DNA of 63,327 nt, filler included, from Intoshia linei (taxonomy: Eukaryota > Animalia > Orthonectida): NCBI GenBank assembly GCA_001642005.1. It is 6 parts of 6 records of this genome, joined end to end, with 100 filler letters (N's around TTAATTAATTAA, not from the genome) between each part and the next. Parts side by side here need not be neighbours in the genome. Positions count along the whole stretch, not along the records: positions 1 to 14,734 come from LWCA01000941.1; 5 more parts are not named here. One strand, given 5' to 3'. The translations under genes were made by a program, and so were the position numbers. Position 1 is the first letter of the stretch. Each line of letters starts with the position of its first letter. The notes beneath the pieces are model-generated. The model saw nothing but the letters and a program-made list of their open reading frames with translations. It had not been told where the DNA came from and did not search any database. Positions 1 through 11,296 of this stretch are shown here, piece by piece.

Positions 1-92
1 TTTGATCTTTATTACGTTTATTTTTTTATTGGCGTGTATTGATTAATTTGGCGTATATTCTATTAATATGGCTTACGAAAAAATGGGCAACC
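1..92. mobile_element. Terminal inverted repeat (end) of a Mutator/MULE element extending left of the window
   Basis: 1-90 is the exact reverse complement of 55037-55126, which terminates the SWIM-finger transposase remnant; it abuts an interrupted Helitron-like copy. Confidence 0.75.
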
Positions 93-890
93 TTTTAATA
101 TTTGTTTTGAAAATGAAAATTTAAAATTTAAAAATTGCGTAGCAATGAAAAAAATTCCAAAAGAATGAATTATGTAGATTTTCACACATATGTCTTTATT
201 GAAAATGTGTAGAGGTTCAATACACACTTTTTTGAAATTGTAGTATCAATATTTACATTTTCAATTTTAAATTTTAATCGAAATATTTGAAAAATATTGG
301 TTGATAATATATTAAAAATTATTTTTCACCGGGAATGTGTAGATTTCTGGGGTTGAAATTTTGTATTTATATCAACTGGAATGAGCTCTATCAGAATAAT
401 CTTTTTTTTAATTTATTATTTAAACCGTTAATTATTTCACATTTTTTGTTTTAATAAAATATTTAGGAAAAAAATATATGAATACTAAAATGTTTTTTTG
501 ACCGTGAAGTCGTCACTTATTCAGATTTAAATTTTTTGTGTGTGTTAACATGATACAACTGTACCTACCTGTAAATTTTTTGAAATTCTAGGGCTGTTTT
601 CATAAAAAAAGAAGGGTAATTAAAAAAAGAAGGGTAATTTGGGGTTTTGGTCCTGAAGATATAATTTTTTTAAATTCTCCAACGCGGTTGATTTTCAAAA
701 AGAGGGACAACTGCTGTTTTTGCCCTGTAAGATGTAAAATTGGGAGTTTGAAATTTATCTTATTATACTTCCCGGAAAAAACTGTAATTGAAATGTGGTC
801 TTTAAAAAATTCTAAGAGTGCTAGTTATTTCAATAAAGTAGGACAGACATACACAAACAAAAATCGCGTAGCATATTATATATGTTAGGA
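93..890 (-). mobile_element. Non-autonomous Helitron-like element, 5' part
   Basis: Minus strand begins A|TCCTAACATATATAATATGCTACGCG at 890; collinear with 20866-21650; cut by the MULE end at 92. Confidence 0.75.
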
Positions 891-1122
891 TTATACTGAA
901 ATAATATAAACACAAATGTCAGAATTTTAATAATTATATCAGTGTGTAATTTCTGTCAAATGTCCAAAATAATTAAAAACATGCAAACATTTAGATGTAC
1001 TATAATTACAAATAATAGTATAATATATTTCTCCATAATGGTTCCGAATCGTACGATACGACAAAATATCAGAATTGTTATAACTTTGAATTTACAAATT
1101 TTTAAAGATATATTTTTGTTAA

Positions 1123-1356
1123 CCCTTTCACTGTCTGTGTATTTTATACTATACACAGCAATTTCACGTCATACGTCTGTGTATTCTATGATATACACAG
1201 GATAATTTTGAAAAAAATTTTTTTATTTTCATACATTTTCACAATGTGAAATGTGAAATTTACATAAGTAATTTAAAAATAATACAAGTTTAAATTAAAA
1301 CATAAATTCCAGACGTGTGGTGATAGTACATAAAATTGCATCAGACAGTGAAAGGG
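1123..1356. mobile_element. piggyBac-type MITE (234 bp)
   Basis: 15-bp TIR CCCTTTCACTGTCTG / CAGACAGTGAAAGGG with TTAA on both sides (1119-1122, 1357-1360). Confidence 0.85.
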
Positions 1357-1625
1357 TTAATTATATGATTTTTGTATCGCTACTGACTGACAATGTATGA
1401 TAAATTATTATTATGTCGGACCGACATTGTTGATATTTTATAGCTGGTACTGGTTTTCCTGGTTCATGATTTAGTACATGTAATCAAATAATACCACAGT
1501 TAAAGGGGATTATTATTTTAAATATGGACCTGTAAGGGTGAGAAAATGCCAATCCATACAGAATTACAGTATGTACTATTTAATCGGAATTATAAGGTCA
1601 ATTTAATGTTTAATTTATAATTTAG

Positions 1626-2076
1626 TGAACAATCCCATTCACCTACTTACTCAATATTCCAAGTTTCTCGCAGTAAAACCATGGATGGACTTTACAAGAA
1701 AAACTCAGACATTTACGCCAGCGTCAAAAAAAAACCTCAATTGAAATCACTAATAAACCAAACATTGCAGCGTTCAGCATCCACAAGACCACAAAAAAAA
1801 ATTAATGAAAACGAAATATACGACACTATCGACGATGTCTACGTTTACAATTCAATATTTGACGAAAAACGTATTTACGATCAAATAAATCCTCAACCCA
1901 TATACGGTGAAGTTGTCAATGTAAAAAAATCTGAACTAATATACAATTTACCCTCAAAACCTATCTACGAATCCTGGCAAGATTTACGTAAAATTATAAA
2001 AAAACCACCAAAAATATATTCAAAATTAAAACACGAGAGAAATAAAATTCCATCTCCATCTCCACGGATTATTTAA
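1626..2076 (+). CDS. Orphan basic protein (probable terminal exon) with clustered I-Y-x-x-hydrophobic motifs
   Basis: Frame open from tttag acceptor at 1625 through ORF 1681-2076; motifs DIYASV, EIYDTI, RIYDQI, PIYGEV, LIYNLP, PIYESW, KIYSKL; upstream exons unresolved. Confidence 0.6.
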
Positions 2077-2397
2077 ACTTTGAAATTGTATAGTTGTAAT
2101 TATGTATTTATTAAATTTTATAAAACACAATAAAGTTTTGTTTAATTACTAAGTAAATTAAAATTTGCATTGAAAAAGAATTATCATCATATTCAATTTG
2201 AACTTAAGGTTAATTTACATTTATACATTAAATTAAATTTAAAATGAACCTGGTTTTTATAAATTTTGCATTGGTTTGAAAAGAGTTTAAACCAGATTCC
2301 ATTAAATCAGTAAGTATCGTGACAATAAATTATTGTTTTTGTTGGTCTTTAAAATTTGATTATCGCTGAAACTTTATTTTAAATTTCTTGAATAAAA

Positions 2398-5300
2398 ATG
2401 GATTATAGTCAACCGGCAAAAAAAAAGAAAATTTCTTATGTAAATAATTTTCTATTTTAAATGATACATAGTCAATGTTTACATTTTATTTATACAATTT
2501 AGGATATGACTAACGGAAAAAAAACTCAGATTGATGATAGTCTCTATTCCAGACAATTGTATGATTTTAAATGGTTTGTAGTAATTAAAAAAATTTAGGT
2601 ATGTTTTGGGACATGAAGCCATGCAAAAAATGTCTGAAATGGATATTTTGGTTAGTGGATTAGGCGGTTTGGGTGTAGAAGTTGCCAAAGATATCATTTT
2701 GGCTGGAGTAAAATCAGTTACATTACAAGACACGAAGAATATTGATTTATCGGATATGGCTACTCAAGTTTAATTGTTAAAAATTTTTATTGAACCTAAT
2801 TGATTTTAGTTTTACGCTACTGAAAAAGATATCGGCAAAAATCGAGCCGTGGTGTCACATGTCAAGTTGTCAATTTTAAACGAATATGTAAACGTAAAGA
2901 AGACAACCGAAGAAATATCAGAAGATTTGGTATCTAAATTTAAAGTTGTAGTTTTGACAAGTTCAACCCATCACGAGCAATTGAGAATTTCTCAAATGAC
3001 GCGTAAATATGGAGTGCATTTAGTCATCGCAAATACTTGTGGCTTGTTTGGTCAAATTTTCAATGATTTTGGTAAAGATTTCACGATTTTGGATGTTGAT
3101 GGAAATAAGGCTACTACTGGTTTTATAGCCAGCATTTCCAATAACGGTATTGTTACTGGATTTGAAAATTCTAGACATTCATTGGAAACCGGTGATTTTG
3201 TGAAATTTAGTGAAATCAAAGGATTGGAAAAAATGAATAATTTAGATAAGCCTTTTGAAATTAAAGTTGTAAATAGTTATTCGTTTAGTGTCGGTGACAT
3301 TTCGCAATATGGAGAGTACATTAGCGGCGGTGTGTTTACTTCTGTAAAAATGAAAAAAATTGTTCAATTTTCCAGCTATCAAGATGCTATGGATAATCCA
3401 GAGTTTGTTGTTTCCGATTTTGCCAAAATGGATAGAATGCCTCAGTTGCATTTAGCATTTAAAGCTCTTTCTTTTTACTTAAAAAAGTTTCACAAATACC
3501 CTTCCCCATTTTGTGTCGATGACGCTAAAAAGTTTTTAACTGTAGCTCAGTCTTTATGTGATGAGTCCTTTGAAATTGACCGGGATTTATTGACAAAGTT
3601 TGCACATGTTGCTTCAGGGAATGTTATACCCATGACTTCGGTCATTGGTAGTATCACTGCACAAGAAGTTCTAAAGGCTTGTACGTCTAAATTTTCCCCG
3701 ATCAAACAATTTTTTTATTTTGACGCTGTGGAATGTATTGATGATTGGGAGGAACATGCAAAAAAATTCAAAATTGAGACTACCGAAAGCAACAATAGGT
3801 ATAATTCTCAAATGTCTGTTTTTGGCTTTAGTTTCCAGGAAAAAATAAAATCATCAAACGTTTTTGTGATTGGTGCTGGTGCTATAGGATGTGAAATGCT
3901 GAAAAACCTTGCATTGATGGGCGTGGCTACAAATGAAGATGGGATGATAACTATAACTGATATGGATTCTATTGAGCTCTCCAATCTTAATAGACAGTTT
4001 TTATTTAGATACGCTGACGTTCAAAAAATGAAAAGCAGCGTTGCAGCGGAAGCTATAGTGAACATGAATAATCAAGTTAGAATTACCCCCAAATCTGACC
4101 GAGTCGGCGAAGAAACTGAAAATGTTTTTCACGACACCTTTTTCGAAAAATTAGATTTTGTTGTGAATGCTCTCGACAACGTAGATAGTCGTTTGTACAT
4201 GGATAGAAGGTGTGTTTATTATTTGAAACCAATGATCGATTCCGGAACTCTTGGCACAAAAGGGAATACTCAAGTTGTGATTCCTCATTTAACTGAATCT
4301 TATGGGTCCTCCTATGACCCTCCAGAAAAATCAACTCCAATGTGTACCATAAAAAATTTTCCATTCCAAATTGACCATACAATACAGTGGTCTAGGGCGT
4401 TATTTGAAGATTTGTTTAAGTCTCCTGCTGATAGTATAAATCAGTTTTTAATGAACAAGAAAGAATTTTTTGAACAAATTGAAAACCAACCCGGAAATAG
4501 GAAAACATTAACACTAGACGAACTCAAAAAAACCTTAATAGATAATGTACCTGAAGATGCTACCGTTTTTGTTCATTGGGCCCGTGAACTCTTTGATAAA
4601 TACTTTAACCATCAAATTGGTCAGTTGTTGTATAATTTCCCACCCAAACAAGTATTGAAATCTGGAAATTTGTTTTGGTCTTCTCCCAAAAGATGCCCTG
4701 TCGTTATTAAATTTGATTGTTCTAATACACTTCATACTGATTTTATTTATGCTACCGCAAATATATATTCCAAAGTTTTTTGTCACAAAGAAGAGATTTC
4801 TCGTGAGATTGTAATCAAACTTTGTGAAACTATTGTAATGCCAGAGTTTGTACCTAAAGCTGGAGTTAAGATTTCTACAACTGATGCAGAATTGGATCGA
4901 GAGAATGATGACACTGATTTGGATGATCGATATATCAATAACACTAGAAAAGCATTGGAATCCTTAGACATTACTGCAATTTCAATTAAAAGTGTGGAAC
5001 CTCAAGAATTTGAAAAGGATGATTTAACCAATTTTCATATGGATTTTATACTCGCTACAGCCAATTTGCGCGCTGTTAATTATTCTATTGAAACTACCGA
5101 TCACCATAATTGTAAACGTATTGCTGGGAATATTATTCCGGCTATAGCTACAACTACTTCCCTTGTTGCTGGTTTGGCTAGTTTGGAAATTTACAAGGTT
5201 TTATTTTTATTTTTGATTTTATGGTTTGTTATTAGATTATAAATGGATGCAAGGACATTGATAAATACAAAAATGGATTTGTTAATTTAGCCCTACCTTT

Positions 5301-7267
5301 ATTTGCCTTTTCTAATCCTATTCAGCCTCCACTTTTTGATGTAAGTTTTTCTTTTTATTGTTTGCTGATTTAAATCAGTTATTTAAGCTGGGTCACGAAT
5401 TTAGTTGATATGAAATTATCTCAGAGGTAGGGAAAGTGCGGCCTTCTGAACAATTTGAAATATTTTTAATTTAAAATTATTTTTGTGTAAAATAGGTTTT
5501 TTCCTTAATGGTTGGTACAATTAGGTTTTTTTTGGGATCACATAGAGGGATGTTTTATTTAAAAGTTTGGTAAATGAGATTTTTCAAATAAATATTGGTA
5601 AAAGGGGATTTTTTCCTTAAAGGTTGGTAAAATTTTTGTTTTTTCTCATAAGATTTTACTAACTTTAATAACATGTTAAAAATTTATTATTCACCCGAAT
5701 ATAAAATTTTCGTATTAGCCCCTAATAAAATTATTCACTCCATGAGAAGCACTGATGTATTTGATTAAATTATATTTAGAAAATAGCGGCCTTATTAAAT
5801 TTTTTTGTAACTTAGTGCGGCCTTCGAACAGTAAATATTTCCCCACCTCTGGATTATGTGATATGAGTGTAATTTGTAAAGGTTGGATGGTCAATAGAAA
5901 CATTTAAATCTGAGAAACTTCATCGAAGGGACGTGGTAAAATTTACAAAATTAATCATTACAAGTTCTAAAACCTTTTTAAATTGATCTATTTTATATTA
6001 ATGGGATCTACACACGAGAATCATCAAAATCATCGTTAATTTTTTTTTGCGTTACCCTTGCAAGACTAAACGTTTTTATAGAACTAATTAGGAACAACTG
6101 AGTTATAATTTGTGTAAAATTAAAATTTTTGGAAGTCTCAGTCTTTGAATATATGGTTATAGACCAGTGTTTCTCAACCTTTTTTACTGCGCGGAACCCT
6201 TATGAAATTTCAAAAAAGCGATTATTGGGTCTTTTAAATTTTAAAATACATTAAACTCTGAAAACTCACCACTTTTTTGGGCGTGTTGTAAAAAGCACAC
6301 TGAAAAATATTAGAAATAAATTATTTTTAAGATTTCTTTTTTGCATTTATTCGTCTATAAAATAGTAATTTTATTAAATATATAAGCATTTACATTAGAC
6401 CCGAACATAGGATACTTTTAGGATTTTAGAAAATAAAAAAGACTCGATCCATCATGTATTAAGAGATCAAGGCTTTACAATTTAAATTTGACAAATATAA
6501 TTGTTCAGATATGAAAAAAATAATTTTTTAAAATAATCAATTTGGAAAAATGAATCCATTTAAATAATTTTTTACTTATTAGAAGTGAAATTACATTACA
6601 TATTTTTATTATGTCGTTTAAAAAATTAGTCACTTTTTTAACATCTACTGTAATTAGGATTCTGGTTGAGAATAATAATTGAGATAAAAAAGAATTTGTT
6701 TTTTGGTCGTCAAACTTTTTTTCACGCATTTGAATATTTTTTTGGTATATTCAGCACGTATATGTCATAGGTTTCCCATTTGTCATTGTTAATATAAAAT
6801 TGCACTATTATTTTGAAGTATTTGTCAGGTTAACCTGTATTTATTTATTATAAATTATTATATAAATTTAAAAAATTTTATAGTGCCCCAACAAAAAATA
6901 TACATTGTGGGATTCATTCAAAGTGACAGAAAAATTAACATTGAAAGAATTTTTGCATTACTTTAAGGTTGCCGATAATTGAGCATTTAAAAATATTTAA
7001 TTAGAAAAATCATGGATATACTATAAAATCAATGTCATGTGGTCCGTGTTCTCTGTACATGTATTTTATGGCATCATCGAAAAAACCGGAGCGGTTAAAC
7101 ACAGAGTAATTGTTTAATGGTTAAAAACTAACTCAATTTTTAGAATTTCTGATTTATATCAACAAATTTCCCAAAAAAAATTAAAACCACATGTCAACTG
7201 GATTGTTATCGAAGCTTTAGTTGGCGAATCTGAAGACTTCCCTTACATTAAATACAAAATAAATTGA
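2398..7267 (+). CDS. UBA1: Ubiquitin-activating enzyme E1
   Basis: Exons 2398-2439, 2503-2558, 2599-2767, 2810-5197, 5236-5340, 6884-6967, 7005-7105, 7144-7267; motifs [31 protein letters not shown], catalytic [23 protein letters not shown]. Confidence 0.97.
5422..5851. mobile_element. hAT-like MITE in UBA1 intron, carrying ~30-bp repeat units
   Basis: TIR CAGAGGTAGGGAAA / TTTCCCCACCTCTG; 8-bp flanks aattatct / gattatgt (6/8 match). Confidence 0.65.
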
Positions 7268-7304
7268 AAATAAATAGTATCTGATTTGTTTATTTTTTAA
7301 TATA

Positions 7305-8055
7305 CTAATTTTCATTTTTTCGTTTATTTTTTGATCTCGATTTGGCTTTACACAATGGACATATTGGAGCATTTCTGTGAATTTCCTAAAAGCCTATAAT
7401 TAAAAAAATTTAATATAGTCATACTTGCTGGCAAGATGAGCAAATCTAAATGTATTATATTAATTGACATTTGATAAATTACCTTCATTGGCGCCGGTAT
7501 TTGAGTCAAGGCTAATTCTGATATAAATGAGTCGTCGAACGTGCGTGACTTTGTCCCTTCATTATCAATATTATTGACAGTTGGAATGCTGCTGTGGTTA
7601 GATGCCATGATCCTAATGAATACATTAATAAATTTGAATTAATGTCAATTTTTATTTACATGCCATCTTGTACACTCTTCAGGTTTGTGGTGGCCATAAT
7701 TTTGTACATTTGATTGCTCAATTGCATATACTTTTCCCATATTTGATTGGATTGTAGACCAATGTTGTCCCAGAGTTTATACATGTCTTGGACTTTGAAT
7801 TTAATCTAATAACGTAAATAGATGAAAATTTAAAAATATCACTTGATTTATTTCATTATTAATATTTTTGAGTTGAATAATGCAGTATTTTTTTTCAATT
7901 TCTATGCACTTAAATTGCTGATTGGTTTGACTAATTGTAAGTAATTTTTCATACATGACGGTGTAATTGCTGATATTGTGATGCACCTGAATAAAATGGC
8001 ACATGCAGTCCTTTATATTTTTAACAATATTGAGCGATTCTACAATCTTATCCAT
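7305..8055 (-). CDS. ZC4H2: Zinc finger C4H2 protein
   Basis: Exons 8055-7843, 7805-7660, 7612-7483, 7445-7425, 7385-7305 splice to ...[38 protein letters not shown], the diagnostic ZC4H2 C-terminus. Confidence 0.93.
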
Positions 8056-8852
8056 GCTTGATTATGTGGAAAATTTATGAAATGTAGTGAATGACAAGAT
8101 TTGTATCTAGACGTGACAGTGTACAAATGAACAAGGAATTGATTTTTAATTGATATATCACGTTTTAATTGTTTTATTAATTAATAACTAGATTTTTTTG
8201 TTGTAAAGATCATCTTATTTATATTCCCAGTAGACCAAGCGTTATAAAATTGTATATAAACATTTGTATTTATGATTACTGTAATACTGTAACAATATAA
8301 ATGGAGCTAAATTATTTGTGGTAATTTACATAATTTTTTGCAAATTTACTTTAATTTGTATTTAAATGTCAATGTGTATAATTATAAAATAATCCGTACA
8401 ATTTACTGTGATTTGTTTATATTTGCAGATGAGTTACATAAATCATTAAGTAATCCCAACAGACATGTTACAATTAGCACAATTTATTATGCGTGTGTTG
8501 TTAATATAATTTATTTCACGACAAATCATCTCAATAATTTTCACTATATTGCCAGTTTCTTTAAGTCTCTGATAAAATTTTTGTATTAATTGAACATTTC
8601 ATGTCATGTTTGTAATTTGCATTTTTTAATATATTTATTATACATTTTAAGCTATTTTACTATACAATTTAATTAAACTATATATTAGTTAACATCGACC
8701 AGTCATTAATAATTTAGCTCATTCTAAATTTTTAATGTAGAGATAATCCTTATTTTGTAATCTCTGAGGCGTGATAATTCGAACTTTTGCGTTATTGATA
8801 TATAATGCAGTAGTTTTCAAACGTTTTGTGGTAAATGACAACTATATCCTTT

Positions 8853-8968
8853 TCCATTACTTACATAAAATTTAGTTGAATCTTAATTTATTTTTTTTGT
8901 AGAATTAGAAAGTTCGCCCTAGGCAGAGCTAGGTACTATTTGTAAAAAGCACATAACAATCAAGCTAG
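8853..8968 (+). mobile_element. Mini Helitron-like copy (termini only)
   Basis: TCCATTACTTACATAAAAT resembles the family 5' end; 3' end gccctaggcagagctaggtact...caagCTAG|T. Confidence 0.55.
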
Positions 8969-9211
8969 TATTATAATATAATTATATATTCAAAATAATT
9001 AAATATAAATATAAAAATCGGATGATCTACTCATGTCATAGAGACGAACGTTTCTTTATGCAATTTAAAAATGTATAAACTTTATGGTAAAGTCCATTTT
9101 TACCATTTATTCTAGAACAAGTCAAAAACTTTGTTTTTAAAAGTTACCAAAAATTACCCTAATTGTAACATAATAATTTTATATTAAAATTTATTGGTTT
9201 TAAATTGTAGT

Positions 9212-9430
9212 TTAAATGTTGTCGACACATGATTCATTATTATCGTTTGAGCGATATGCAGATTGAGACATACTGTCATATGATTGTACAACTTCGATTG
9301 GATAAAAGTTTCGATTTCTTTTTCTAATTAATCGCCTTCTCTTGTCGATGACAACGGTTATTATAAATACAGCTAATAGTAACATAAAGGCACTGCTGGC
9401 CAGACTGTAATGCAACCATATACTTGATTT
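9212..9430 (-). CDS. Terminal exon of an unidentified single-pass membrane protein
   Basis: AG acceptor at 9431-9432; hydrophobic LASSAFMLLLAVFIITVVI followed by basic stop-transfer DKRRRLIRKR; candidate upstream exon near 10489-10632. Confidence 0.55.
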   Translation of the reverse strand, partial: KSSIWLHYSLASSAFMLLLAVFIITVVIDKRRRLIRKRNRNFYPIEVVQSYDSMSQSAYRSNDNNESCVDNI

Positions 9431-9651
9431 CTAAAATATTTTAATTTTTAATTTTGCGATTTTTACCAACACTTAAAGGTAAAATCAACTTTCCCAACCC
9501 TATAAGATAAAATCCAGTTTTACCAAACCTAAAAGGAAAAATCCAATTTTTCTGAATTGCAGAGTATTCCCGTAAAAACTGAAATAAAAATTACTTATTG
9601 AATTGAAAAAGTGTATATTTTATGTATTTTACGGGTTACTGTGATTTTATA

Positions 9652-10045
9652 TCCTTACTTACATGTATATAAAATGCTTTGTTTGTGTGTGTGTTATAAA
9701 ATTTAAAAAAATTACTGGTGGTACAATTGTATCCTGTTAACACATACAAAAATCTCAATCTGAATAAGTGACGCCTTCAGGGTCAAAAAAGCATTTTAGT
9801 ATTCATATATTTTTTTCCAAAACATTTTATTAAAACAGAAAATGTGAAATAATTAACAGTCCGAAAATTAAAAACAGATATTATTCTGATAGAGCTTATT
9901 CCAGTTGATATAAATACAAAAGTTTAACTCCAGAAATCTACGCATCCCCGGTGAAAAATAATTTTTAATATATTATCAACCAATATTTTTCAAATATTTC
10001 GAATTAAAATAAAAATGAAAATGCGAATATTGATCCTACAATTTT
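9652..10045 (+). mobile_element. Helitron-like copy, internally deleted and 3'-truncated
   Basis: A|TCCTTACTTAC start, (GT)n tract, homology to 21180-21520. Confidence 0.7.
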
Positions 10046-10151
10046 GTTTAAAATAACTTGGGCCATTGCTAACGAAATAAAGTTACTTGTTCTATTAAAA
10101 CAATGGCTTCAAATAATGATGTTCAAAAAGGTTAGGAAACATGACATAGGG

Positions 10152-10323
10152 CAGTGATGGCAAAAATATCATCAACGACATGCACAGGGATTCTGCCTGA
10201 CACGCTGATATAAAACTTATTTGAAATTGAAAATTATTTATAATTTAAAAGTGACACGCAACTAGAAAAGAACAGCAAAAAAAATTTTTTTGACGCGCTA
10301 ACTGAAAAGTCTTGCCATCACTA
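10152..10323. mobile_element. hAT-like MITE
   Basis: TIR CAGTGATGGCAA / TTGCCATCACTA; TSD degenerate. Confidence 0.5.
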
Positions 10324-10735
10324 GCACAGGAGTTCATACAGATTTTTTAGATCCCAGAGTATTGCACAAATTTGTAATTACAAAAATTTTTCGTCGAATT
10401 TTGTACTATAGTACGATGATTAAAAAATGTAGGCGACCTTTGAATTAAAGGACAATTGACCCTATATACATTGTAAATTTAAAATTACGTAAGTATTATT
10501 GCCATATTTATTTTTTGTAAGATTTATCAAATTTTTTATATTTTCATCATTTCTAATTTTCATATTATCAATTTTGTTTATATCCTGATTTGTTTCACTT
10601 TTTTTTGATTTATTTTCAATTTGCACATTTTCCTAAATAATTTATATAATAAAAATATGTGAATATAATTAATTGAATATCTTATGTATTAATTACATAA
10701 AATTGAATGTATATGTGTCGTGTGTATCCGTTTAA

Positions 10736-11134
10736 TTGTGAAGGCGTCACTAATTCAAATTGATTTTTTGTGTGAGTTAACAGGATACAACTGTACCACC
10801 TGTAATTTTTTTAAATTCTAGGGCTGTTTTAAAAAAAAGGGTAATTTGGTGTTTTGGCACTGAAGATATATTTTTTTAAATTTAAATTTATGATTTTAAA
10901 ATCCGTATCAGAGTATATATTTTTTTAAATTCTCAAACTCGTTTGATTTTCAAATAAAGGACAATTGAGGTTTTTGACCCGTGAGATGTGAGTTTGGGAG
11001 GTTGAAATTTATCTTATTATATATCCCGGAAAAAACTAATTGAAATGTGGACTTTGTAAAATTCTCAGACTGGTAGTTATTGAGATAAACGGTAACACAA
11101 ACAAATATTGCGTAGCATTTTATATAAGTAAGGA
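10736..11134 (-). mobile_element. Helitron-like copy, 5' part
   Basis: Minus strand A|TCCTTACTTATATAAAATGCTACGC at 11134; homologous to 500-890. Confidence 0.75.
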
Positions 11135-11296
11135 TATGACTATATTTTTTTATCTTACGGTGCGGCCTTATTAATTTCAAATTATTGGAATGTCGCCTTA
11201 TGTATGAAATGAGTTCCCAACCCCTGCCCTAAAATTTGATGGAAATATCGTATTTTATTGACAATTTTAAAAACCACCCTATTAATGTCTAATAAT

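Noticed and set aside
688-1205. Short ORFs at 688, 942, 956 (also 10950, 21405, 51708)
   Set aside because: They lie in or across Helitron and MITE sequence and are not conserved as frames between copies
3242-4971. Short antisense or alternate-frame ORFs in UBA1 (likewise in SND1, C2CD3-like, URB1, GANAB)
   Set aside because: Shadow ORFs of real coding exons with no recognisable motifs
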